NCBI GenBank assembly: GCA_964057225.1
Contig: OZ059894.1
Coordinates: 14,880,001-14,944,000 of the forward strand
Reading direction: 5' to 3'
Length of the DNA stretch: 64,000 bases
Source: Auanema rhodensis
Lineage: Eukaryota > Animalia > Nematoda
The notes below the pieces were generated by a model. The model was given only the letters and a program-made list of their open reading frames with translations, did not search any database and was not told the DNA's origin. This document shows positions 13,609 to 28,075 of this stretch, in pieces. The translations under genes and the position numbers were made by a program. The first letter of the stretch is position 1, and every line of letters starts with the position of its first letter.

Positions 13609-16600
13609 GAGGATGCCAGAGGAATAAGAATTAGAAAATACTTGGCTCAATCAAGTTGATGCTGATTAATTCTGCTGAAGGGACAGAAGGTTTAGCTGAG
13701 TACTGTATTTGATGTGGTAAAAGATGGCTGATGAACAACGTAAATCTTATATTTTCCACCTTTGCCGTTAATTTTTTGAAATTCAATAAGTACAGCAAGT
13801 ACAGTGCGAATCACGTCTGAATTGCTTCTGGTTATGATGACGATAGCGATGACTAGGATGACGATGAAAGATGGGGTTGAGGTTGGAATAGGGGAGGTCG
13901 GGCTGATGACGAACAGGCAGGGGATCTGTATGGTCCCGCCTATAGCTAAGAGGCGGAAAGGTTAGTGGTCCAAGGAACAGGAAGAATTTCATACGATGAG
14001 AAAGAGGAGGAGTTGGATCAATCGTTCCAATCGCTCAGCCCAATTTCAAGAAACACCCGCCTCCTTTAGGAAAAAATAACTGAATTTCAGGTTAATTTTC
14101 GAATTATTGTATAAAAATAAATAAAGACTATGTGAGTTGTTCATCGAATGTTATGAACTATTTTCAGAAGTTTAAGCTCTGATACACACCCATATTCATA
14201 TCTCGTGGTACTGAAAGAACAGAAAAACGAGGATGAAAAAACAGCAATCGATTGATTTATTCTTTTTCGTGATATTTGGTGTTTAGTGTTTAGGAAAAAT
14301 ATTCTGTATACCTCACAGTATATACAGTATCAGCAAACGCTTAAGACATTGTTTCGCATATGGCCTCTTGCCTCTTCTACTTGTTCACGTTGTTGTCCAT
14401 CAAATGATGATGATGATGGTATGTCAATCATAAGCTCATGTTCTCAAAGTTTTAAGAAACGAAGGTGAGAGAGAAGGACCGGTGTAGATGAAAGAATACG
14501 GACCGATTGACCGGATAAGCTGATGATACAACAGTCGGCGGCACACGTCATGACCTGCCAGCCAAGCTGATCAAGGATTCTCATGTTTGGTCATAGCGGC
14601 TCGGGATTGAATGAAGCTTAAGAAGGGTTGAGACGAGTAAGTTAACTTCTATGCTCAAGCTGTCAACAGGATGATCTGAAACCGAAAGAGGAAAGAATCC
14701 TACCATCAGCTAATCCGAAATAATGAATATCATAAACATTAAAGAACATATTGTTTTATACTTTATAATATTTGACTATATATTAAGATTATAAACGTTT
14801 CTTATTAAAAGATTTTCTTATAAAATTAGAAATAAATTATATATTTATAGTTATCCTATATACTATATATATATATATATATACATCTATCTATGCATTT
14901 GCTATACCAATTGAATAATGCCGAGATCCATATTACCATCGAACCCTCTAAAACTGTTGTGACCTTTTAGATGAAAAGGATAAAAAAAGAGTGAAAAGTA
15001 TGCTGCAAGAGATTCATATGCCTCAACCAATTGATCAATAGACGGAAGAGTTGAATAGTCGTTTTGCTTGTTGTCATCTGAATCAGCAAACCGTTCTACA
15101 ACAAATGTCAGCACGGAGGCAATATGACCATTCCGCCAAACGAAGGGTCCCAAAAAGCATTTTGTGGAGCATTCCATCGTTTTTATTTTTTTTCTCTATT
15201 CACCTTACAATCTGACAATAGTATTCTTTCTATTCTTTTCAATTGTTCTCCTTTATTTTCCAATGTTCTGGCAGTAATTCGATTGATTAGCTTGTAATAG
15301 TAATGTTTCATATTTACAGAAATAATATATGAAATAAGGACATATGATAAAGGTTGATAAGATGGATGAAGTTAATCAAATCTTTGATCCAAAAATAGAG
15401 GGAATAAAGATTAAATTATAGAAACTGATTAAAAATATAATTCTTAAAAATAGCTTGAACTTTGTTTTTTTCATAATACTTTGGTGTAAAATTGAAATTA
15501 TATAATAATAATTCATGTGACACATAGTTAAATATCACAAATTCAATTAAAATCCCAAATAATAACAATTCAACTAATCCTAAAATCTTTATTTCTTTTG
15601 ATGAATAAAGATGAAGATGATATTTAGATGTGATTAGATTATCTATTATAATAGGTAATCTGAGTATTTAACAATTTATTCTGATCAAATAGGAATATGT
15701 TGTTGGAAGCTTTTTACTATTCTGAGACAACAAAACTTCATTGACTATTCTTGTGAATATGAATCTCATTAAGTGATCCTTTAATTCTATTCACATATGA
15801 ATCATAACTATCTAACATAAATAAATAAAAAAAAACAAAAAAAATGTATCCGAGAAAGAGAATCGAAGTTAGTTTAGTATGATTAGGGAAAGGGGGGAGA
15901 GAAGACTGTGTGAATGAGCATGGATGAAATACACTGTTTTCACATCTTTTTTCATAGCTGGAGAGATCATAGCTTTTTTTCAAAGACAAAGAAAATCATC
16001 AGGAGAGCAAATCTATTCTCGATCGTTCAAAATCATTCTCCTCTGGATTGTTCTTAAGGCTGTAGAAAAGGTTTTTTTTTTCTTCTCCTCAACTTCTTCG
16101 TCTACATGAGGAGAAAGACAAAAAACGGCGGGAGAGGATGAAAGGTGAATCGAATGAAAGACACCGCAATAGTCTGTGCTCGCAGTGTTCTTTTCTCCAT
16201 TTTTTGGTTTTTTTTTCTTCTGGCAACATACGAAGCGAGCTGGCTAAGCATTATATACATATACATACATATATAGGCATGTACATTGATATGTTGCAGA
16301 TTTATGAAAAAAAGGAAAAAAAAAGAAAGAATTCATCTACATATCTTTGTATATATTTCTGGAAAATAGTGTGTGTTTGTATATAAATCATATTAAAATT
16401 AAAATTAAATTATTCAGTTTATAGATACTATTAAAGGTAGTATCTACAATACTAATAAACTATTTAATAATACGTCTAAAACCCAAAAAGGTTATATCAG
16501 TCTTCTTGGATCATATAATAACAAAAGAAAAAGTATAATCCAGATAACAGTTTTATTATATAATATTTACTAAATCGCAAGGTAAGACATTTTTCGAATT

Positions 16601-16759
16601 TTCCATCTTTATTTTGTTTTTATTAGCGAAACTTTATTTAATTTGGAGGAAAATTTCAACAATAATAATGGGCAGTTGAATGGAAATAATAATAATAAAA
16701 ATGTTTTTTTTTCCTACAAATTTTTATAAAAACTCTTATCAAGACAGCATGATGCTTTT

Positions 16760-16776
16760 GGGGGGGGGGGGGGGGG
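16760..16776 (+). repeat. G17 homopolymer (G-quadruplex capable)
   Basis: Seventeen consecutive G. Shorter G runs at ~10272 and ~10487 lie on the same strand. Confidence 0.9.
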
Positions 16777-19700
16777 AGAGAGTTTCATCTGACGTTTGTT
16801 AGACTCTTCATATCTAACATTCTCTTTTATTCTCACCTTTTATGATAATAAACAGGCAAAATTTTAAATTTTTGAAATAACAAGATAAAAATTTCTGGAT
16901 TTCAAAACTCTAGTTCAATATTCTCTTCTTCTTCTACTTCTTTTGGGTAGGGCTATTGTCCTTTGTTCTTTTTTTTCATATATAATACAGGCAGATGTTT
17001 CTTCCATAATTGTTCATCTTTTTTTTAAACTTTTTAACTGTTCTATATTTCATTTTTTTATTTTTCTAAAAGGAATGCTTGAGAAAATTTTTTTAAAACA
17101 TATAGTACATTAGCATATTTGTCGTTTCACGTTCCAAACGCAGTACAATATCTCAATAAGTTTTATTTTTCAATTTTAATTTGTGTTGAACGGTTGTATA
17201 TATTATAAATATATAAATATACTATATATACTATATATACTATATATACTAGGAATATATAACTATTTCATTATATTTAACTAATTGTAAACGATTTCTT
17301 ATCTTTTCAGATTTATTCACATCTCGTTTTTGTTCCTTTCCCGTATGTTACTCGTGAGCAATTTCTAGACGAAATTATTGAAAACAAGCTTCCTCAGACA
17401 GATGATATGACTTTGCAATGCTGTTATTCATTTATCGTTTTCAGACGTTACCATGACAACGAAATCATCAAACGCTTTGTCTGTTTATCTCTGCTGTAAC
17501 TTCATTATAAGAATAATGAAGAACATGTTGTTACATATACAATATAATAGATATATTCATATAACAGATTGCAGCAAAGAAAAAATGAAGAAACAACGTG
17601 TCGAATCGAACAAATAAACTGCTTATTATATGTTTTTATTATAATGAAAAACATTTTAAAAATGAGAAAGAGCAGCAGAAGCCGATAATGGGAAAAAATC
17701 AAAAACCATCAAACTGTTCTGTCATGTCAGTAATCAACTGTATCAAAACAATCTAACATAGTATGTTGTGAAACCTGATTGTTAGAATATGTGTATTTGA
17801 TATCAGAAGTTAATATTTCTTTCTTACTATATGTATATGAATAGCCTAAATTATATTCCAAGTTCGCTTGCCACATAACCAGGTGAGACATAGCAACTTC
17901 ATATAATTTGTAGAAACAATCAGTTAAACATATGCATAAAATATAACTAACTATACATAAATAATGAATAGTTAAATATTTGGATACCTAGTTTATATTA
18001 TGTGTATATAGTTAAAGATTATGCAAATAGCATTAACTTCATATGAAAGATTAAAAAGATGTTTTGAACTAGTGATAGATTTTGAGCTGATATCTTTCTC
18101 CCTCATGTCAGCATTCCGATCTATTTGGATGATGTGGCTTCTTAATCAATTAATGGATATTATTCAACTTAAAGTACAAATGATGCCCAGATATATGTTA
18201 TATTATAAATTTAGATTGATATGAACTATATATAAATATAAAAAATATTTTTAATCACCTTAACAAAAATTGTCATATAAATTCTAGTTCAGTTGAGCTA
18301 ATTATTCAACTCGATTTCAAATTTTATACTCAAATTGTATGTATAGTAGCTAACATGAGAAAACAAGAATATAAAGATGAAAAGGGAATGATTATGAAAA
18401 ATGAAATAGATAAAGCTTGAGAGAGGAAGAAAGGAAGAGAAAAAGAGAGAGAGAGCATAAACAAGAAAGAGGTAGAGAGAGGGTATTGCTAAATTAACAT
18501 TTTTAGAAAATTGGTTTTGTTAGATTGTTTTTGAAGAAGTTATCCGTCAAACTATTGTTTCACTTTAGTCTTTAAATCATCAAGCTCATCATCATATTCA
18601 TCATTATCAGCATCGACAATGTGTTAGTATTTGATGAGCAAAAATTATTTAAAGAACAAAAAAAACTATAAAGATGGCGTAACAATGAGCTTCGATGATG
18701 AGCATAATATCATCATAATGAGATTAGTAATTGATTTCAGTTTCTATTAACTTTCATCTCATTCATTGACATCATTGCCACTTCATCGTCATTTTTTTGC
18801 TTCAGAAAACTTCTTTATTCTCCTATTATCATCGACGTCAAGCGTTTTACATCATAATGGTGTCTGTGATGCTCCCTAATGATTATCATCATCTGTATTA
18901 GTATCATCATCATCGTCTGATGTTATGAAACGTTGATTACATTAAAGGCACTCGTATTTCCAAGAAAAACCGTTTATATATGGGTGTTGTAGTCCCTTTA
19001 TAGATCATCCGTTGTATTTTAAGCCGAGTATTTCTATTTTACTTGCGCTTCTCGCTCATTGACGACGTTGAGATTCATCGTCATCGTCATTACATTTCTT
19101 CTCCGTTGCTACATTTAATGAACAAAATGAATGAATGAATAAATGAATGAATAGGAAGCATTGTTGTTTTGAGGAAAGTAAGTCATTTTCCTGAGAAATC
19201 AGAATTACAACATGTATTCAGAATAATCATTTTATCCGAAATGTCACCGGAATTTCCGATGAAAACGAACGGACAAAACAGGACAGGTAGATATTAGAGC
19301 CGACGAAAGAGACATCAGACAGTCAGGCAGACGGCGCATACCCCGATTTGTCGTCGTCTTCTTTGGCTAATTCAGATAACTGTAATCGTTTCTATATAAA
19401 GACACAAATAATTTCAGTTGGTGAGCTCGAAGAACTCATTTTGTACTTGAACTATACATACATAGTTTTGAGATTTATACATATATTTCAGTTTTGTTAT
19501 CCATAAATAGTCAATAATTCAGATGATAAATACGGAAAAGTCGCACTTAATATGTACGCAAATAATATGATTTTTCAGTTGTTGAAGAAAAAATCTGAAT
19601 AAACATTTCTTCTGTATACGTAAATATGGCAGATATTATTATTTTTATTTTAAAATATCTTACTAGTCTGTCTGTCTTCTAATGAGAATCAAATACTATA

Positions 19701-22642
19701 TTGAGCATTTCAATGATGCTCATCTCAAGCTTAAGATTTACGAAAAATCAGAACAGTAGAATTGTGTAATGCTGCTTAGTGAGCTGACATCGTTTCTATG
19801 CAAAACATAAATACGGAGTGATTAACCTCATTAGTTAACTGCTGTCGATGTGCTATTGCCCTGTGTCACACAAGATATGCGAAAGCTGATGCTTCACGAG
19901 AAATAAGAAGCCTTGACGTTCGCAACATATATAAACTATTTACCAAATGATATAGTTAATTATTGTTCGATTCATCATACATTTATATGAATTGGATTTA
20001 TATGAACAAGCTTGCAATGCTCATATAAAGCTTGATAGATCCATTACATGAGACTGTATTATGCAGAAGTGTATTCTGGCTTTCGATTTTGGATATGAGA
20101 ATTTCTATTTCTGCAAAGCAGATCAAAGTGACATTCTTATGAATTCCCTTGTTTATGCTTTTCTACTTGTATACTATGGTGTTGTTTATATCTGTACAAA
20201 CGAGCAGTTTGATCATCGAAATTGTTTGTTAACATGTTGGAAAGGATTCTGATTCTTGTTCCACTCATTGCTCACACATTATATGTTTTTCTTATTTTTT
20301 TTCTTTTTCATATATCTTCGAAGGTGATTGGTGCCTTGATAGAACGCCAAACTAGGAGAGGATATAGTTTGAGAGATGTTTTGATTGTCGATAACTTTGT
20401 GGCCGACTTCATCATCATCATCATATTTTTGCTACTCACAACATCTTCATTAAAAAATCGTCGCGAGACTCATGTAACTCCTTACTCAGAAATCAGAATC
20501 CGTTCATCTTGATACATACATACATGAAAGATATATACATATACATATATTTATATATTAGTATATTACTACACCTAGAAATCAGATTACCATAACCGGC
20601 TGGTCACACGGAATTCATCTTTCAAGCTTCACAACACATTTCAACAAAAACTTTAAATATTTGAATATCAAGAAAAAACAAATAATAAGAATTTTTCTTC
20701 TTCTTCTTCTTCTTTTTTTTTATATGAATGCTTTTGTGAATCAAATTTTTTGGTAATAGCAGTTAGCCTACGTGATAAAGTTGGCATCATATTACACATC
20801 TGTTCTGAGTATTTGCTTCGCTCTGATTTGAAATTGAGAAAACACGGCAGATACTTTGTCTCTTGAGTATACTACATGCTTTCAATGGAGGTTTTAAGTT
20901 ATAATATAGTACGATTTGTCTAAAAATGGATTTCTTATACCCTTTTTCAATAAAAAAGAGGGAATGAGAGATGAAAAAAGTAAGCTTGGCTTGTGAGGGA
21001 AGTAGAGAGAACGTGGCAGATATTCATGGGAGAACAATTCCGAATAGCCATCATGATTGCTACAGTTTTCCCGGAAACAATTTCAACTTCAAATTTTTTT
21101 GGAAAAACAATAAACAATATGAAAATCGCTGATTGTTCTAAGTTTTGTTATCAAACATTTGTAAAAAAAATTCAGCTTGATGAATGCGCCTATTCTGTTG
21201 ATATTTGCTTTGGAATCACGTGTTTTTCGCTTTTTTTCTTCTAATTAACTGATATTGGAGAGTAATGTGTGGCTGTGAATCAATCTCTCGAGGATATCGT
21301 TGTGTTGAATGACATGCTAACCATTTCTTAACGAAGCCTTCTTATGGCAGATTCAGTTTGACGTCAGTTTTTAAATAAACATTGCCTCAGGTGATAACGA
21401 TAAAGAAGTTTGATAAATGATTTAACTTGTTTTTCGGATGAAAAATTCATATAGATGTCTTATTAGTGACTCATAGTGGAAGCATAGAGTGCTCAGTGAG
21501 CCAATATCAACAGCATATACGGCAAACTTGTGTTCATTGATTGAAAAACGACAAGAGCTAGCATTTGTGAAGCAAGGTGACAGCACCATAAGAGGCTTCT
21601 TCATCGAATCTGTTCTTCTTGTTTCTCAGTTATGGATTGATGCTGTTCAATCTCAAACCCTGTTCAATATTCGACCAAACGAAGTAATCGAAGTAAGCAA
21701 AAATCATCGGAATTCTATTTCTGGCTTCATCTAGCCAGTCTGCAGATAGATTAAAAATTCTTTTTAATCACCATAAAATAAACAGGAACTATTTGAGAAG
21801 ATTACATGATATGTTACAAGAATTGCTTTAAATTTCATTTCAGAACAATATCTTGTATAACCTCCAGATCTTCAAGCAAAAACTTCCCATCGGATTATTC
21901 AGATGAACAGTTAAGCCTTTTTAGACAAGATAATAAAGCAGTGGAATTTATCAGATATTAGATAGAATGTTGAGACCAACATCAATAATACTGCATTGGA
22001 ATCATATTAAATATCTGATGATGAGGAAGAAGATGAGGATGACGAGCCAAAAGAAACAGTTTGAACAGAAAAATTCTGTAAAAAGATATTTGCATATATG
22101 TATATATGTGTGTATGGCTTAGGTATTGAAGGAAATATTAGAAAAATATCAAATAATCTTCTTTTCCGGATTAATGATTAGATTTTCAAAACAAGCCTTA
22201 CATGCTCAATATGGTTTTCACTGATTTTCACGATGTGACAAATGACTTTAAAGAATTTGATAGACACAACGAAGATGATGCTAGATTAGTTAGAAGAGAA
22301 GATGCTACGATGATGTGTCATGGTATCATATTTGAAGGTTCAGACCAGAATTGTAAACAACAATAACAATAATAATAATAGTGTCAATATGATTTTTGAT
22401 TATAAACTGAATTTTAAAGTTTTGTTTCTTATTTGTGTAGATAAACTTTAAAGAAAGTTTGTCAAAAAATTCTATATCTACACACGATGCATATAATTCT
22501 GAATAGAAAAACAAGCTGACGTCAATAAGTCTTCCTTGATGACGAAGATATCAAAACTATTTCAGAAAATTATAATTTTTCTTATTTTCAATTCACATCC
22601 AATGCAAGTAAATTTGAAAAAAAAAGTTTAAAAATGACGCAC

Positions 22643-22942
22643 CAACTGATCCATGTCAAAGCCCATCAAACGAGCATGGTTGACAGCAAGCATGAGCGAC
22701 TGCAGTGATTCCATCATGTTGTTACCCAGAATCTGTTCGATGTCGTTCTCCTGTGCTTCGTAGCCGAATAGGGAAGGTAAAAGAGATGGGGCCGACGTTT
22801 TGGACTTCGTTGTGATTTTCGGTTGGGCAGACGTGAGTGAGACAAGTTGGGGGATGAGGCGAATACGGGCTTCACTACTCGTTGCCGTTGTAGCGGTTGT
22901 CGTTGTCGACGTTGTCGAGGTAGGCTTATCAATGAAATAATA
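22643..22942 (-). CDS. Isolated coding-like exon: candidate distal fos-1 first exon or first exon of a separate small gene
   Basis: 100 codons without a stop (YYFIDKPTSTTSTTTTATT...SLFGYEAQENDIEQILGNNMMESLQSLMLAVNHARLMGFDMDQL), elevated GC, phase-0 donor GTGCGT. First ATG at 22717. Confidence 0.5.
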
Positions 22943-22950
22943 TCATATAC

Positions 22951-23037
22951 ATTGCCTCAGGGCATTCCTCAAGGGGCGGAGCCTCAGTGGCTCAGCTTCC
23001 CTCCTCTTTTAGTCTAAGCCTGGGCTGGCTCATGACG
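22951..23037. promoter_or_regulatory. GC-rich promoter/enhancer-like block next to the distal exon
   Basis: GCCTCAGGGC (AP-2-like), GGGGCGGA (GC box), GCTCAGC and ATGACG packed within 90 bp in an otherwise AT-rich background. Confidence 0.45.
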
Positions 23038-26000
23038 ACTAACAGATAGTTGAGCAACAAATCAGATTCATAAGTTTGTTGTTTGGAAAATGAAAGACAA
23101 AAAACAATACTGAAAAATATACTGTCATACAGATAATGATCGCAGTTCGCTCTTGCAGAAGCATCTGGGAAATATTGAAGAACAGAAACAAAAAATTTTT
23201 CATTCCTTTCTGCAACTTTTTTTGAGAATAAAAAATTCTCTCTTTCTCTCTTAATTTCTCTCTATTGCTCTCTCCTTTTTTTTCAAATTGAGATTCATTC
23301 GATTTCATTTTACTTTTTCCTTTTAACATCCTCATCATCGGCATCATCCACTTCCTAATCCTCATCATCACCCACAGCATCATCTGCGTCTTTGTCATCA
23401 TCATTAGCTATCTCGACTCTTCTCAAGAATTTCATGCCAAGTGGAGGAAGTATTAAAGAAAAAACGAGAGAGGAAACATAAGAAGAATTAGAGTGAGAAT
23501 GACTAATACAAGTATGAAAACTCATAACTTTCTCCGAGAGAAAATAGAGAAATTTGAATATATCTCCATATCTCCATATATCTAGATGTATGTCTACTAC
23601 TAATATTATGTAAAATTCTCTTTTATAATATATATTTTTAAATAAATTGTTGTTAAACAGTCCATATGTGATTTTAACATTAAAATAATTTAAATTATAA
23701 TATTGAATCATTACATAACTTTTTATATTTGTTTTAACAATAATTCTCAATGTTGTATCTGATGTTCTATCGAAATCAAGAATCTTCCAAATAGAAAACA
23801 GATTGTTTCATTGTATATTTTGTCTTTTCTGTCAACATTTTGTATTATAACATATATACTATATATTCATGTATAATATATAATATATATATATAGTATA
23901 TATATATATAATATGTATGTATAGTTACTGAGAACAATAGACTTAGAAGTAGAAGATCAGCATCGTCAAGCATGATTTCATTTTTATAAAATAATTCTAA
24001 AGAGGTGTAGACAACAATTTTCAAACAAATTTTTGCGCTTCATGTTAAAATGAATTCATTAGAGATGATTTGTAGGCTTCTCATTATAGTTTCCAGATCA
24101 TATGGTTCTAATTTTCAATGAAACAAGAGCTTTTATAATAAAATCTCATGAAGATTAATATGAAGACAACCCTAATGTAGTACATAATCAACCGTTTAAC
24201 GTAATTTTATTCTAAAAAATAATAATTACACGTTTACGTGACGCGTCATTAGAAGAGATAGAGAGTGAGTTGCAAATGCTGCCAAAATTTGGGATAAATT
24301 GATTATGAAGAATTTATAAAGAGTAAGAGAGTAAGAGGCAACGAGGGAATATGAAAAGCAAAAAGATAAAGGTAGAAAGAGAGAGAGAGAGAATTGAAAG
24401 AGAAAATAAGGGATAGAAAGAGATTGTTCTCAATGCTTGAATGGACTCGAACAATTAAGTACGGATACAACTATCCAATTTTGTGATGCAACTTCCGATT
24501 TTACTCTATTAATTTGACATCGAGTTTCAAAATTATCAAAAAGGTATTTGTTTTTCGAATAAACAATTAAATACTTAAATGCTATACAGATTGAAACTAT
24601 TTTCTAATATAGGAAATTTGCTATTGAATTATTTGAAAAAGACATTAATTATTTGTTTTTGAATGAATCGCAAAATACAAATGAAGAGCAGATTTAATTT
24701 GAAAAGTTCGGCATGCTTTATGAACAAATAAAATGATTTCAAATACAAAAATTGTTAAAATTATTATTTTCTATTATCTTCTTGAAGAAATTAGATTGGT
24801 ATTCTTCCATGATAGGACATTAAAAGAGTCTCAAATCATCACAGCAAATATGGAACAGCTTTAGATAACAAATAATATATGAGAATAAGAAGATATTGAA
24901 CTCTGTATATCACACATATTCATTACAAGAAAATTTTAAAAATAAATATTAAAAAATTTAGGAATAAACCATAACTATCAACATAATTATTTCTTCAATC
25001 AGTAGTATTTCTCAATATTTTTGAATAAAATTAATAGCATTTTCGTATTTTTGAAATAAGAAAGGTGAACTAACCTAAAATATATTTCCTAAAATGAACT
25101 CAAAGGCACAGAAATGAAGAGAATCGTCTAAACGAAGCAGAGACAGATAAAGAGTCGTGCTCTGCAAATACATTTGTACAATTGAAATTTTAAGCAAACT
25201 CCGAGAACACGAGAACAAAAAAAATTGAAAGAAGAAAAAAAAAGAGACATGAATTAGTTAATTTATAATAAAATACTATATGTATATACATTTTAATATG
25301 AAAATAATTTTTGATTGAAAGAATTTCGAGAAGACAAAAGTGAAAAAAGCTGGCAATCAACTAAATATATAAAACAGAATGGTATTAAGAACTGATAAGA
25401 AAAAGAACAAAAAGAGATATGATGAATATAAAACAAAAATTTTAGTTAAAGATATCAATCTTTAATATATAATATACGTATAGTTAAATATATGTATACA
25501 TATAGTTAACAAGATAGAATGGAATGATATTAAGAAAGCACAGTTAAAGAGAAATGAGCAAAGTAGAAAGGAATTAAATCGAATAGTTGAATCATAAAAT
25601 AATTATATATGTATCAGTACTGATAGAGAGAAAGTGATGGAAGATAATAAACTGTACATACATATATGTATATTTCAGTTTATATTCGTATCAATAGTAT
25701 AAAGAAAAGGATTTAAAATCAAATAACGTCATTATGAAAATGGAACGTTAACGATGTCATAATGAACATATGTATTGAAGCAAGTTTTTCTTATCAAAAA
25801 AATAAAAATAAATAATGAAAATGCATCGAATTAGAATTAAAAAACAAAAAATATGTTTTAAATGTTCGAAAAAAAAGTTATTAATCAATGACGTGCATTA
25901 GAAAGGAAGGCAGAAAATTAATAATTAAGAGGGAAATTTTATTTAAAAAAAAAACAAAAAAAAAGATTTTAGTTTGCAAAGTTTATTCTATAAATACTAA

Positions 26001-28018
26001 TAATACGGAAATATTGTTAGAACAATTTGAATAATGGTCCAAATCATCGTTATAGTTTGGCAGGCAAAGCAAATCCATGGGCATAAGATAGAGGGCAAGT
26101 GGGGGAGATTCAGGGCTGTTAGATAGAAAGCTTAAAAATCAGAAACAGAGAACTATGAGGTTAAAAGTAAAAAATGATGTCTAGAGAAATGAACATAATG
26201 AGACGAAGAGAAGGAGAGAGAGAGAGAGAGAGATAAAATGGTAAAAAGAGAAATAAAAGAAGGGAGAGAGTGAGAAAGAGAGACTGGAAACAGTGTCGGC
26301 TGGCAATGCAAAACAAACAAAACGAATAAAAAGAAATGTGGGTGTGGACTGTAAATCGATTGATCAGCTGGTTGACAGGAAACCGAGAAAGAAAGTGAGA
26401 GATAGGGTATGTTAGTCCTAGAACTCATGCGTTGTTCAGATATGGACAGACAACGCTAGTTCCATTGCGCACTTTTCCCTTCCCTCTATCCGAAAGGTTT
26501 ATGACAAGATAAAGGAAAAGAAGCCGGCTTAAAACAAGTAAATAATGAACGTGATTTTGCTTTATTGGAAAATAAAAAAGAACAATTTTAGTGGACAATT
26601 TATTGTAAATGTAAGCATATTTAAGAAAAAAAAGAAAGAAAAAGAATATATTTACAAATATAGGAAAAATAAACTGATCACATAATCTAGAAGAAAAACT
26701 TTTGAGAATTTTGAAAATCGAAACAACGTTGTCGAAAAAAATTAAATAAACTATTTGCGTGACGATCACGTGGATTTTTTCATTTTTATTGTTGACCTCG
26801 CAGGTAATGGTTGCATATGTAGGGGGGTTTCTTAGAAATACAGAAACATCAAAAGTATTTGTATTATTTTATATTTTTTTACTTTAAAAATTAAAAATCA
26901 ATAAGATAATTGTCCAAAAAAAAACAAGAAAAATCAAAATTTTCTTAGAATTTAGTAAGCTCAACATGATCGTTGAGAAGTGCTGTTCGACGAGGCATGA
27001 TTACAAAAGGAAAAGTAAACAAGAGCTTTGCCGAAAAGGTGAAAATAGGAGATAGAAATGTACAGATCAAAGTCAAATATACGACAATTTCTTGTTCAGA
27101 CCTGACAAGGCTCAGAAGCATGATCAGAATACTTGACAAAAGCTATGATGGTTAGATATTGAACAAACAAAGTTTATAAACAGTATTATATATATATATA
27201 TACACATATGGATATAGAAATAGAAATATTTATCAGAAAATTAAAAGAAAATAAAGAAATTTCTTAAAAAAAATTAAAGGTACAGCTGAGAGTTTCGTAT
27301 AATATTATGTGTATATAGATATGAATTGAAAATTAAGTTCAATTAATAGAATAATAACGAAATAAAATCAATTAATGAAAAGGTGAAAGAAACATATAAT
27401 TATATGATGACGTTTCATACGTATCTATTTCATCTATATAACCATACTAAATTATAAATTATACAGCAAACGGGACAAGGATGTATAAATAGAACAACTT
27501 TTAGTACAAAAAAAACATTTGTAGTAGTTTGAGCATATATAGTTGAAAGTTTTTATCACAAAAGAAAAAAAAAGAAAAAAACCAGACCATTGAACCTGAA
27601 AGTTCAATTAAACAATTGTTTTTTTTTCGATGATAAAACTTGAAAGTAAGGAAGATGAACTCGTATCAAAAAAAAAATTTGGCGAATATGTGAGAATTTC
27701 TCATAAATCGTTATTATAATTGCACTCCAAATAAAAATATCATAGTTATATATAAATATATGAGAAATATAAACTAGATACAAATAAGAAAAAGGTAAAG
27801 AATGAAGGATATCATAGTTAGAAAAAGGAAAAACGTGATTCCGAGGTTGAGACTAAGAATATAGCGGCCTGAGGCAACTAGACTAATTTCCGTTGTCCAT
27901 ACGATTGTATGACCATAAAAGTTCGGAAATTGGAAACTAAACAAAAAATGAAAAGTACACGTTGAAAAGAACGTAAAAGTGCAGAAACGGGAATTCTAGT
28001 CTGTGGTGATAGTGTGCA

Positions 28019-28024
28019 TGTGTA

Positions 28025-28064
<40 letters not shown>

Positions 28065-28075
28065 AGTGTGTGTGT
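28019..28075. repeat. (TG)n microsatellite
   Basis: Direct reading. Confidence 0.93.

Noticed and set aside
14902-15177. 91-aa minus-strand ORF as another fos-1 first exon (contains DQL like the 22.6 kb exon)
   Set aside because: The only matching donor (GTTGAG) is poor and there is no recognisable homology; cannot be supported.
16582-17444. Plus-strand donor/acceptor series suggesting a spliced antisense RNA
   Set aside because: TTTTCAG and GTAAG/GTATG occur often by chance in this composition; no coding signal.
23039-23750. Acidic or Met-rich ORFs
   Set aside because: Produced by a degenerate (TCA)n tract; the acidic frame has an internal stop.
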